Positions 11,001 to 19,916 of a stretch of DNA of 64,000 nt are shown one piece after another. Position numbers and translations under genes: made by a program. How positions within the stretch are numbered: position 1 is the first letter of the stretch; each line of letters opens with the position of its first letter. The DNA is from Candidatus Omnitrophota bacterium (lineage in GTDB: Bacteria > Omnitrophota > Gorgyraeia > Zapsychrales > Fredricksoniimonadaceae), in the NCBI GenBank assembly GCA_028865345.1, contig JAGWKL010000003.1, positions 128,184 to 192,183 of the forward strand, written 5' to 3'. The notes beneath the pieces were generated by a model. That model was not told the origin of the DNA. It was given only the letters and a program-made list of their open reading frames with translations, and searched no databases.

Positions 11001-11302
11001 ATTCCCAAATCATCGACCGTATCACCTATCATGTTCCTGCTGATCTGAAGATAAGCTACGTTCCGCCGGGCTATGATCTGGCATCGGCTTTTATGACAGC
11101 CTCTGCCAAGTATACCAAAGGCGACGGCACCATCACCGTGGAAAAGATTTACCATATCAAACGCGCCCTCATCCCTCCGGCGGGCTTTGCCGATGTGGAG
11201 AAATTTTGCCAAGAGCTTGCGAAGAACAATGGCATGTATATCGTCTTAAGAAGGAAATCCGGAGTTTCTCCGGAAACCGAATCGTGGCTTAAAAGCCGAT
11301 GA
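8051..11302 (+). CDS. Continuous 1083-aa ORF. The N-terminal ~430 aa form a PIF1-family helicase. The C-terminal ~650 aa form a DUF3857/transglutaminase-like/DUF3858-type protein that starts with its own signal-peptide-like segment.
   Basis: N-terminal GKAGCGKSTLL Walker A and LAPTGVAAINVQGQTIHSFF Pif1 motifs. Near nt 9339 the motif MRKFMFLLFLPLLASLGQAQT (n-region, h-region, AxA-like site) starts the second module. Transglutaminase-like motif RYGDGKDLGLLARQ lies in the C-terminal part. No stop codon separates the two parts. Confidence 0.6.
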   Translation: MNFAELDFNEEFAAAFEALENTGGHVFVTGKAGCGKSTLLQYFRAKTPKNVAVLAPTGVAAINVQGQTIHSFFNFKPDVTPETVGDIPVRKAKRKMYQQLDALIIDEVSMVRADLMDCIDVFLRLYGPHYDRPFGGVQMVFFGDLFQLPPVVGPKERDIFRGHYATPYFFSAKAFETLDFRVLQLEKIYRQKDEHFIRLLNAVRQDSVEGHHWEALNRRFKPQHRFAPEEFYIVLTTTNAIADKVNAQRLYNLPGLPKIYKGIISDKFEQKSLPAPEVLELKGGAQIMMLSNDPDKRWVNGSLGKITSIVVGSDGDDVIMVELENGGSVDVKKHTWEIYQYYFDEVNNAMASKVVGNFTQYPLKLAWAVTIHKSQGQTFDHVVIDVGWGTFSHGQMYVALSRCTTLEGIVLKQPLNQKHIMIDERILQFMRKFMFLLFLPLLASLGQAQTPTLDRSRLVTQDLSRIENKEADPNAWEEKNSDQPYVALLAETDTVIHNDWSVTQDYHARVKIQKEAAKKLGSWPIYYNKAREQITDIEAYFETPDGRRLKATDIKDLPAYGQSPLYSDMRLKVISFPQITIGTVIDIRIKTKIFKEEIPNQFWDEVTYPSIPTKFARYTYVFPADKPIRFSAYNNNMHPLIEKTGGTVKYSFIFEDTSYSEDEDFMPPSDETVGVLSLSSISDWKQVAGWWRDAIHKNTVDDPGISAEVSALTKGKTGDKEKLHAVLEFIQDNFRYVPMSMGNHAVGLHPTPEIFKSRYGDGKDLGLLARQMLEMAGIHADICLMSDEFSGDPQHRLPSLSVFDRVILQASVNGRKYFVDPLAKGYDLGQWPSSYDNAYVLVIASGSSSFQNIPVAGGSFHAVASDSDITVADDGSAQFRVHVKMPVEASEDFKSNWDPADDGSKQKFFDRLQATFAQGGKITDRRVKGLDKRYGQVEFTFKYTAAQVYQTVNDMLLLREQDQGDVPDFELNAPRHYPIFVPTNSQIIDRITYHVPADLKISYVPPGYDLASAFMTASAKYTKGDGTITVEKIYHIKRALIPPAGFADVEKFCQELAKNNGMYIVLRRKSGVSPETESWLKSR

Positions 11303-11338
11303 CATTGCCAAGTCGCTTGGCAAAGCAAGGAACAGGGA

Positions 11339-11941
11339 GTGTTGAAAAATTTTTGGGTCTTCTTGGCAATAGCAGCGGGGGCATGGTTGTTATTTCATCA
11401 TCCCAAAGCCCATTGGCAGGGGCAATTGGCGCCGGCGGACCCTGTGCAAAGTCCGGATAATTTGCCGGCCTCATGGAAGTATAAGGATTTTACCGTGACA
11501 CCCCGGGCCCGATACCATATCAAGGCGGTGGTCCTTTCCAAACACCATTATTGGGGCGAAGTCGAGATTGAGGACACGATCTCATATTATGATCTGGCCC
11601 TGGGTTGGGGGCCCATGAGCGATGCGGCTGTAATCAATCGACTGAACATTACCCAGGACACCCGGTGGTACAATTATTCGTGGCATAATGACCCGCCTAT
11701 CCCCCTTGAGGAGATCATTTCCCACAGCTCCAACAATCACATCATTGCCGGCAATAAGAATGTTTTGGATGCCGTGGCTCATTTTAAGAGGTATGATGTG
11801 GTTGATCTGCAGGGATATTTGGTGGATGTGAAGCTTGACAATAAAGACTGGACCTGGCACACGTCGCTTTCGCGAACCGATACCGGCGGGGGATCATGTG
11901 AGTTGTTTTGGGTGGATGACGCCTTTGATTTAAGTATATGA
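11339..11941 (+). CDS. Hypothetical protein with N-terminal signal-anchor/TM segment
   Basis: 200-aa ORF tightly coupled (ATGA) to the downstream gene; N-terminus LKNFWVFLAIAAGAWLLF is hydrophobic; no recognisable family. Confidence 0.5.
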   Translation: MLKNFWVFLAIAAGAWLLFHHPKAHWQGQLAPADPVQSPDNLPASWKYKDFTVTPRARYHIKAVVLSKHHYWGEVEIEDTISYYDLALGWGPMSDAAVINRLNITQDTRWYNYSWHNDPPIPLEEIISHSSNNHIIAGNKNVLDAVAHFKRYDVVDLQGYLVDVKLDNKDWTWHTSLSRTDTGGGSCELFWVDDAFDLSI

Positions 11942-13878
11942 AAAGCCTGTGGAATGACAAAGAAGCTGTAAAATCAGGACCAGACGCTCTCGCCTTGCGC
12001 GTTTATACCTCGCGGTTGCTTGGGCGCAAGCCGGGCCTCGTCATGCACGGAGGGGGAAACACATCGGTCAAGGCCGAGGTGAAGGACTTTTTTGGCCGAA
12101 AGCAGGAAGTGATTTATATCAAGGCCAGCGGTTGGGATCTGGCCACGATCAAATCCGAAGGTTTTGCGGCGGTCAAAATGGATGCGCTTCTGGCAATGGC
12201 GGCCATGAAGCAATTGAGCGACACGGACATGGTGCGCGGGCAGAGGGCCGCCATGCTTGATCCTTATGCGCCCAACCCTTCAGTGGAAGCTATTCTTCAT
12301 GCCATTATCCCTTATAAGTACGTGGACCATTCGCATGCCGATGCTGTGGTGACCATCACCAACACCCCCGATGGAAAACGGCGCATCCAAGAGATTTACG
12401 GCACTCGTGTATTGATTGTCCCTTACGTGATGCCCGGATTTGTTTTGGCGCGCAAGGTTTATGAAGTGACGCGAGGGGGCGATTGGTCCCGATACGACGG
12501 CATGATTTTATTAAACCACGGCCTTTTTACCTTCGCAAACAGCGCCAAAGAAAGTTATGAGAACCATATCAGGCTGGTCACCAAGGCCGAACAATACATA
12601 AAGAAGAGGAACATTAAATTGGCGTCCGCCAAGCCCATGCCAGACGATTTGGTAGGATTGGCCCGTCTTCGACGGGCGGTGAGCCGCGTTCAGGGCGGAG
12701 CCGTGGTGGCGTTATTAAAAGATGACGCTCGCAGCGTCGGTTTCAGCCGGTTGTCCAAAGTCAATAATTTAGCCGCACGCGGGACCCTGACCCCGGACCA
12801 TGTGATCCGTACCAAGTCTAAGGCCGTTATCATTCATAAAAATGTTGAAACGGATGTGAATGAATACGCGAGAACTTATAAAGAATATTTTGACCGGCAT
12901 GCGGGAGATCAATTGAAATGTTTGGATCTGGCGCCGCGCTGGGCCGTATGGCCAGGCCATGGGGTGGTGACTTTCGGTCGTTCCCCGAACGAAGCTGCGA
13001 TTGTCGGCGATATCGTTGACCATACCCTGCCGGCCATCCAACGGGCAGAGGTTATGGGAGGCTGGAAGACCATAAGTGAAAACGATCTCTTTGATGTCGA
13101 ATATTGGGAATTGGAACAAGCCAAGTTGTCTAGAAACCCGAAGCCTAAAGGCTTAATCGGGAAAGTCGCTTTGGTGACGGGCGCCGCTTCGGGTATCGGC
13201 AAGGCTTGCAAAGAGTGTTTACAGGCTGAAGGAGCCAATGTGGTCGGTTTGGACATTAAAAGCGGCCCCGATCATATGCAGTGTGATGTGACCCGGGAAG
13301 CGCAAGTCAGGAAAGCCGTTGAACATACCGTGCGCCGTTTCGGAGGACTGGATATCATCGTCAGCAATGCCGGGGTTTTTCCGCCGAGCATGAACATCGA
13401 GTCAATGCAGCCGTCAGCCTGGGAGAAAAGCCTGCAGTTAAATTTAACCGGTCACCAGTACCTGATCAAGCACGCCATTCCTTATTTGACTTACGGCATT
13501 GACCCGGCGATCGTCATCATCGCCTCCAAAAATGTTCCCGCTCCCGGCCCGGGCGCTGCGGCTTATTCCGTCGCTAAAGCAGGGCTGACACAGTTAGGCA
13601 GGGTGGCGGCCCTGGAATTGGGGGCCAAAGGAGTCCGGGTCAACATGGTCCATCCCAATCAGGTCTTTGATACCGCCATATGGACCAGGGACGTTCTTGA
13701 GAAACGCGCCAGACATTACGGCATGTCCGTTGAGGAATACAAGACCAGTAATATCCTGCATACAACCATCACTTCAAAAGATGTGGCCCAACTCGTCTGC
13801 GCCATGGCCGGTCCGGCCTTTGCCAAGACCACCGGTTCACAAATTCCTATCGACGGCGGCAATGAAAGGGTTATTTAA
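11938..13878 (+). CDS. Bifunctional class II aldolase/adducin-domain plus short-chain dehydrogenase (rhamnulose-1-phosphate aldolase/SDR-like)
   Basis: N-terminal MKSLWNDKEA...LALRVYTSRLLGRKPGLVMHGGGNTSVK is characteristic of this bifunctional family. The C-terminal SDR domain has GKVALVTGAASGIGKA and YSVAKAG motifs. Confidence 0.8.
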   Translation: MKSLWNDKEAVKSGPDALALRVYTSRLLGRKPGLVMHGGGNTSVKAEVKDFFGRKQEVIYIKASGWDLATIKSEGFAAVKMDALLAMAAMKQLSDTDMVRGQRAAMLDPYAPNPSVEAILHAIIPYKYVDHSHADAVVTITNTPDGKRRIQEIYGTRVLIVPYVMPGFVLARKVYEVTRGGDWSRYDGMILLNHGLFTFANSAKESYENHIRLVTKAEQYIKKRNIKLASAKPMPDDLVGLARLRRAVSRVQGGAVVALLKDDARSVGFSRLSKVNNLAARGTLTPDHVIRTKSKAVIIHKNVETDVNEYARTYKEYFDRHAGDQLKCLDLAPRWAVWPGHGVVTFGRSPNEAAIVGDIVDHTLPAIQRAEVMGGWKTISENDLFDVEYWELEQAKLSRNPKPKGLIGKVALVTGAASGIGKACKECLQAEGANVVGLDIKSGPDHMQCDVTREAQVRKAVEHTVRRFGGLDIIVSNAGVFPPSMNIESMQPSAWEKSLQLNLTGHQYLIKHAIPYLTYGIDPAIVIIASKNVPAPGPGAAAYSVAKAGLTQLGRVAALELGAKGVRVNMVHPNQVFDTAIWTRDVLEKRARHYGMSVEEYKTSNILHTTITSKDVAQLVCAMAGPAFAKTTGSQIPIDGGNERVI

Positions 13879-15078
13879 TTATCTCCGGCGCAGGCGCATG
13901 CGGCGCGGTGTCTGAAAAGCCATGACCGGCGCCTTGGGCTGATGGAATTTCTCCAAAGGTATGGTGGGGTGGCTTTGGGCCACGGGAAGGGTCTGGTTGA
14001 TAATGCGTTCGATGTTTTTGACGTCCAGCCGCTGGTCAGGAGTGGCAAAGGAAGCGGCATGGCCGGCAAAACCCGCGCGGCCGGTGCGGCCGATGCGGTG
14101 GACGTAATTTTCCGGATCATCGGGCAGGTCGTAATTGATGACCAGCTCTATGCCTTTGACATCGATGCCGCGCGCGGCGATGTCCGTAGCCACCAGAATG
14201 CGGTATTTCCCGCGCTTGAAGCCTTCCAAAGCCTCCTTGCGCTGTCCCAAAGAGCGGTCTGAATGTGTTTCCGCGGCATTATGCTTCGCGTGGCGCAATT
14301 GCCTGGTCAGACGCGCTACGCCGAATTTGGTACGGCAAAAGATCAGCACCGATCCTTTATATTGGGCCAGCGTACTTTCCAATAATTGGTTTTTAAATTC
14401 TTTGCGCACGATGAACAGTTCCTGGGAGATCTTGTCCGCCATGGTGCCGGCAGGCGCCACTTCCACGCGCACGGGTAGTTTCATATAGCTTTTGGCAATG
14501 TTCACGATCGTTTCCGGCATGGTCGCTGAAAAGAGCATGGTTTGCCTGTCCTGAGGGACTTGCTTGAGCAGGGTGGCGATCTGGGGCCCAAAGCCCATGT
14601 CCAGCATGCGGTCGGCTTCGTCCAGGACCAGGATATGGATGTCGTGAAGGTTTAAGGTTTTCTGCTGCATGTGGTCGATCAGGCGGCCGGGGGTACCGAT
14701 CAAAATGCGCGGGTGCGAGCGCAGGTGTTGGATCTGTTTGCCCATGGAATCCCCGCCGATCAAGACCACGGTGCCCATTCCCAGGGCGGTGGCTATCTTG
14801 CGTAGGCTCTCATCGACCTGAATGGCCAATTCGCGGGTGGGGACAACCACCAGGGCGCGGCCCTTGATCTGGGCCAGGCGCTGGATCAAAGGGATGCCGA
14901 AGGCAATGGTCTTGCCTGTGCCGGTCTGGGCAATGCCCATGACATCCTGGCCTTGCAGCCCTATCGGAATGGCCTGATACTGAATTTTAGTGGGGGTCGT
15001 GAATTTTAAACGTTCGATGACGCTTAAAATTGCGGGAGCGATGCCTAATCCGTAAAAGTTGGGTTCGTTTTGAGACAT
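13879..15078 (-). CDS. DEAD-box ATP-dependent RNA helicase
   Basis: AQTGTGKT (motif I), VLDEADRMLDMGF (DEAD), SAT, HRIGRTGRAG motifs; its stop codon abuts the stop of the convergent upstream gene. Confidence 0.9.
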   Translation of the reverse strand: MSQNEPNFYGLGIAPAILSVIERLKFTTPTKIQYQAIPIGLQGQDVMGIAQTGTGKTIAFGIPLIQRLAQIKGRALVVVPTRELAIQVDESLRKIATALGMGTVVLIGGDSMGKQIQHLRSHPRILIGTPGRLIDHMQQKTLNLHDIHILVLDEADRMLDMGFGPQIATLLKQVPQDRQTMLFSATMPETIVNIAKSYMKLPVRVEVAPAGTMADKISQELFIVRKEFKNQLLESTLAQYKGSVLIFCRTKFGVARLTRQLRHAKHNAAETHSDRSLGQRKEALEGFKRGKYRILVATDIAARGIDVKGIELVINYDLPDDPENYVHRIGRTGRAGFAGHAASFATPDQRLDVKNIERIINQTLPVAQSHPTIPLEKFHQPKAPVMAFQTPRRMRLRRR

Positions 15079-15175
15079 AATTGACTTTCTTTTTTAACTG
15101 TTTGTAAGGCCAACAGCCTAACACTATTTGGCCGAATATGCAAGGACTGCCAATTTCGTTGGCGTTTGAAGATGA

Positions 15176-16828
<1,653 letters not shown>

Positions 16829-16926
16829 AAGCGATTTACGGAGAGGCGGGTCGAATCGTGGAAAAACATTCGGCGACACGACACCTCTCCCTTTCTGGAA
16901 ATTATTTGATATAGTTGTTTTTGGTC

Positions 16927-17018
16927 GGAGAGGTGGCCGAGTGGTTTAAGGCGCGCGCCTGGAAAGCGCGTGGACGCCGAAAGGCGTCTCGGGAGTTCGA
17001 ATCTCCCCTTCTCCGCCA
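16927..17018 (+). tRNA. tRNA-Ser (anticodon GGA), type II with long variable arm, CCA encoded
   Basis: Acceptor GGAGAGG/CTTCTCC; anticodon arm CGCGC-CTGGAAA-GCGCG gives GGA; long variable arm; T-loop TTCGAAT. Confidence 0.85.
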
Positions 17019-17066
17019 GTTTTTGAGCAGCAGTTACAAACATCTCAGGCCCTCATTATAAATAGA

Positions 17067-17116
17067 TTACAACTTTCATTGCAACTGTTTGTAACGAAGT
17101 TGTAATTTTTTATTTC
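17067..17116 (+). terminator. Inverted repeat TTACAACTT / AAGTTGTAA followed by a T-run; possible terminator or regulatory hairpin downstream of tRNA-Ser
   Basis: 9-bp perfect inverted repeat separated by 21 nt, followed by TTTTTTATTT. Confidence 0.35.
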
Positions 17117-17238
17117 CGTTTCCCTCCCATCGGCAGGAAGTTTTCGCGAGTACATGGGGAAATTGAGTGTTAAATAGGGTTTTTTGGTTATAATAAGGAA
17201 TTGAATGAAATTATAATCATATAAAAAAGGAAGAGAAT

Positions 17239-17688
17239 ATGGCCTTTCCAAAGAAGAGAAAGATTTTTTCCACCAGCAACCCTTATGAGGTAAGGTATGT
17301 GTTATTGGCTTTTTTGCCGGGTTTGCTTGCCCTTCTGAGTTTGGCTGTGGCCCTGCTGTACGTTGGAGGCCAGGTCGTATGGGTCGTGCGTTTGGGGCAT
17401 CATATCAATTTTTCTGAGGCGGTCATCGCATGGATCACGGCATGGTACAGGCCCGTGATCATTCTTTTATGCGGGCTTTATGTTTTATCGGTGGTCTGGG
17501 CTTTCAATATGGCCCGTAACGTTCTCGGGGCCTTTACCAGGTTGATCCCGGAGATGGACGCGATCATCGAAGGCCGTTCGCAGAAATTGCTGACCGCCAG
17601 GCCGGGGGACCGCCTGGCCCAGGAGTTACTCAAACGTATCAATGTCTTTGTCCGCAGTTATATCGCACATCAAAAATCGGGGCAATGA
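17239..17688 (+). CDS. Hypothetical membrane protein (2-3 TM)
   Basis: 149-aa ORF with AAGGAAG SD 7 nt upstream, hydrophobic segments, and an AT-rich promoter-like region with two TATAAT boxes (17185-17213) upstream. Confidence 0.5.
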   Translation: MAFPKKRKIFSTSNPYEVRYVLLAFLPGLLALLSLAVALLYVGGQVVWVVRLGHHINFSEAVIAWITAWYRPVIILLCGLYVLSVVWAFNMARNVLGAFTRLIPEMDAIIEGRSQKLLTARPGDRLAQELLKRINVFVRSYIAHQKSGQ

Positions 17689-17701
17689 TTGGAAGAAAAA
17701 A

Positions 17702-18916
17702 TCAGATTGGGTACGCTGTTTCCAAAATTACCTTCGCGGCGCGTTGGCTTGCCCCCGGTTCGCCCAGGGAATCCTTGACCGCGGCCAGTTCGTCGATGAT
17801 CCGGTGGTTGTACAGGACGCTTTCCATGGCATCACTAAGGCGCTTAGCGGTTGCGTCGTTTTGCAGCAGTTCTTCCACTATTTTTTTACCGGCCACGACA
17901 TTGACCAGCCCTATATAAGGGATTTTAATGACGGTCTTGGCAACGGCATAGGTCAGCCATGAAGTTTTGTAAATGATGACCATCGGTTTTTTCAAGAGCG
18001 CGCATTCCAACGTCGCCGTGCCCGAAGCGACCATAACAGCGTCTGCAGCATTGATCCCGTCATAAGGGTTGCCATCATAAATTTTCAGAGGGAAATGTTC
18101 CAGTTCTTCGAAAGGCCCCAGCATCGCTTCAGGCGCATGCTTTAAAGGGACATCCGGCAGGGTCATCACTGAATCCATTTGGAAGGACGATACAATCGAT
18201 TCTATAAGTTTTAAAGGGATGGAGGAGGCTTTGAGTAAAATGAATTGGCGCTCCCGGTTGCGGCTGTAAAGGAGCTTGGCCGCTTCCAGCATGCAGGGCA
18301 GATGCCGCTCGACTTCCTTCAGGCGCGAGCCGGGCATGAGGCCTATGGTCGTTTTGCTGGCAGAAAGCCCCAGGGCTTTCAAAACTTCCGTCTGGTCATG
18401 GTTGACGATGATCTCCTCGGCCAAGGGATGTCCGGCATAATCGGCCTTCATCCCGTATTTTTCATAAAGCTGTTTTTCAAAAGGGAATAAAACGATCATC
18501 CGGTCGACCAACTTTTTGATTTTCAGGATTCGGTTTTCTCTCCAGGCCCAGACTTGAGGAGAGATGTAATAAATGACCTTGAGCCCGCGTTTTTTTATTT
18601 CCCCGGCCAGGCGCAGGTTAAACCCCGGATAATCGACCAGCACCACGGCATCGGGGCGGGAGGCATCGATTTGCGCTAACGTTTGTCTGAATACTTTTTT
18701 GATGCGGTTGAAATTTTTGACGACTTCGGCAATGCCGATGACCGCAAGCTCGGTTATATCGGCAAAACATTCGACGCCGGCCCGGCGCATATGCTCGCCG
18801 CCGATGCCGGAAAGGCGCAGGGAAGAATCGAGCCGTTTTAAAGCGCGGGCCAGGCCGGCGGCGCGCATGTCGCCGGAAGCTTCTCCCGCAATGATCATTA
18901 CATGGCGGTTTTTCAT
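17702..18916 (-). CDS. lpxB: Lipid-A-disaccharide synthase
   Basis: MKNRHVMIIAGEASGDMRAAGLARALKRL N-terminus and 404-aa length typical of LpxB. Confidence 0.9.
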   Translation of the reverse strand: MKNRHVMIIAGEASGDMRAAGLARALKRLDSSLRLSGIGGEHMRRAGVECFADITELAVIGIAEVVKNFNRIKKVFRQTLAQIDASRPDAVVLVDYPGFNLRLAGEIKKRGLKVIYYISPQVWAWRENRILKIKKLVDRMIVLFPFEKQLYEKYGMKADYAGHPLAEEIIVNHDQTEVLKALGLSASKTTIGLMPGSRLKEVERHLPCMLEAAKLLYSRNRERQFILLKASSIPLKLIESIVSSFQMDSVMTLPDVPLKHAPEAMLGPFEELEHFPLKIYDGNPYDGINAADAVMVASGTATLECALLKKPMVIIYKTSWLTYAVAKTVIKIPYIGLVNVVAGKKIVEELLQNDATAKRLSDAMESVLYNHRIIDELAAVKDSLGEPGASQRAAKVILETAYPI

Positions 18917-18956
18917 GGCCGTTTGCTTTCGCCGTCGATGAAACAGGGAATATCGA

Positions 18957-19892
18957 TCACGATATGCTTTGACGGTGTTCCCATATTTTTTGGGTGATGT
19001 CGAGGGCGATTTTCAAAGCCTCGCGGCCTTCGACACCGGAGACCTTGGGGGTTTTGTCCTCACGCACGCAGTCGAGAAAATGCTCAAGTTCTTTTTTCAG
19101 GGGCTCTTCTTTTTCGATGGGGATGTTGCGCTTACTGATGCCGCGTTCATCCTTATTGTAGATGCTGGCTTCCTGTTTGGCGTAGTCCAGGGAAATGTAG
19201 GCGTTTTTGGTGAACATCCTGATTTTACGGGTGACCTCCGGCGAAATACGGCTGGCCGTGACATTGCACACACAGCCGTTGGCAAAGGTCAGGCGGCAAT
19301 TGGCAATGTCCTCTTTGTCCGTCAATACATTGATGCCCACGGCCTGGATGTCTTTCAAGGGCGATTTCACCAGCCCCAGGATGATGTCGATGTCATGGAT
19401 CATCAGGTCCATGACCACCCCGATGTCCAGCGAACGGTTGGGAAACATGTTCAACCGGTGGCACTCGACGAATAGGGGGTTTTGGGCAACGGTTTCGATG
19501 GCGGTGAAAGCGCTGTTGAAACGCTCCACGTGGCCGACTTGTAATTTCAGGCCTTTTTGGGCTGCCAGGTCAATAAGCCCCTCGGCTTCCATCAAGCTAT
19601 TCGTCATGGGTTTTTCCACAAAAGCATGGACTCCTTTATTAAGGAAATAGGTGGCGATCGCGGCATGGGTGTTGGTGGGCGTGCAAATGCTCACCGCGTC
19701 AAGAGGCAGAGGGATGTCCCTGTAATCGGCGAATACGGGCACGCGGTATTGTTTCCCCAGCGGTTGGGCATGTTCCATGTGGTGGTCGCAGATGGCCGTG
19801 ATATTGGCTTTGGCCTTAAGGGCATTAAGACATTTGAGATGGCGTGTCCCCAGGAAACCGCAGCCGATTAAAGCGATATTTGTTCTTTTCAT
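18957..19892 (-). CDS. Gfo/Idh/MocA-family NAD(P)-dependent oxidoreductase, immediately upstream of lpxB
   Basis: N-terminal Rossmann motif IALIGCGFLGTRHL and GVHAFVEKPM motif; 311 aa. Confidence 0.8.
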   Translation of the reverse strand: MKRTNIALIGCGFLGTRHLKCLNALKAKANITAICDHHMEHAQPLGKQYRVPVFADYRDIPLPLDAVSICTPTNTHAAIATYFLNKGVHAFVEKPMTNSLMEAEGLIDLAAQKGLKLQVGHVERFNSAFTAIETVAQNPLFVECHRLNMFPNRSLDIGVVMDLMIHDIDIILGLVKSPLKDIQAVGINVLTDKEDIANCRLTFANGCVCNVTASRISPEVTRKIRMFTKNAYISLDYAKQEASIYNKDERGISKRNIPIEKEEPLKKELEHFLDCVREDKTPKVSGVEGREALKIALDITQKIWEHRQSIS

Positions 19893-19916
19893 ATAAAATT
19901 AACAATAACAAAGCCG

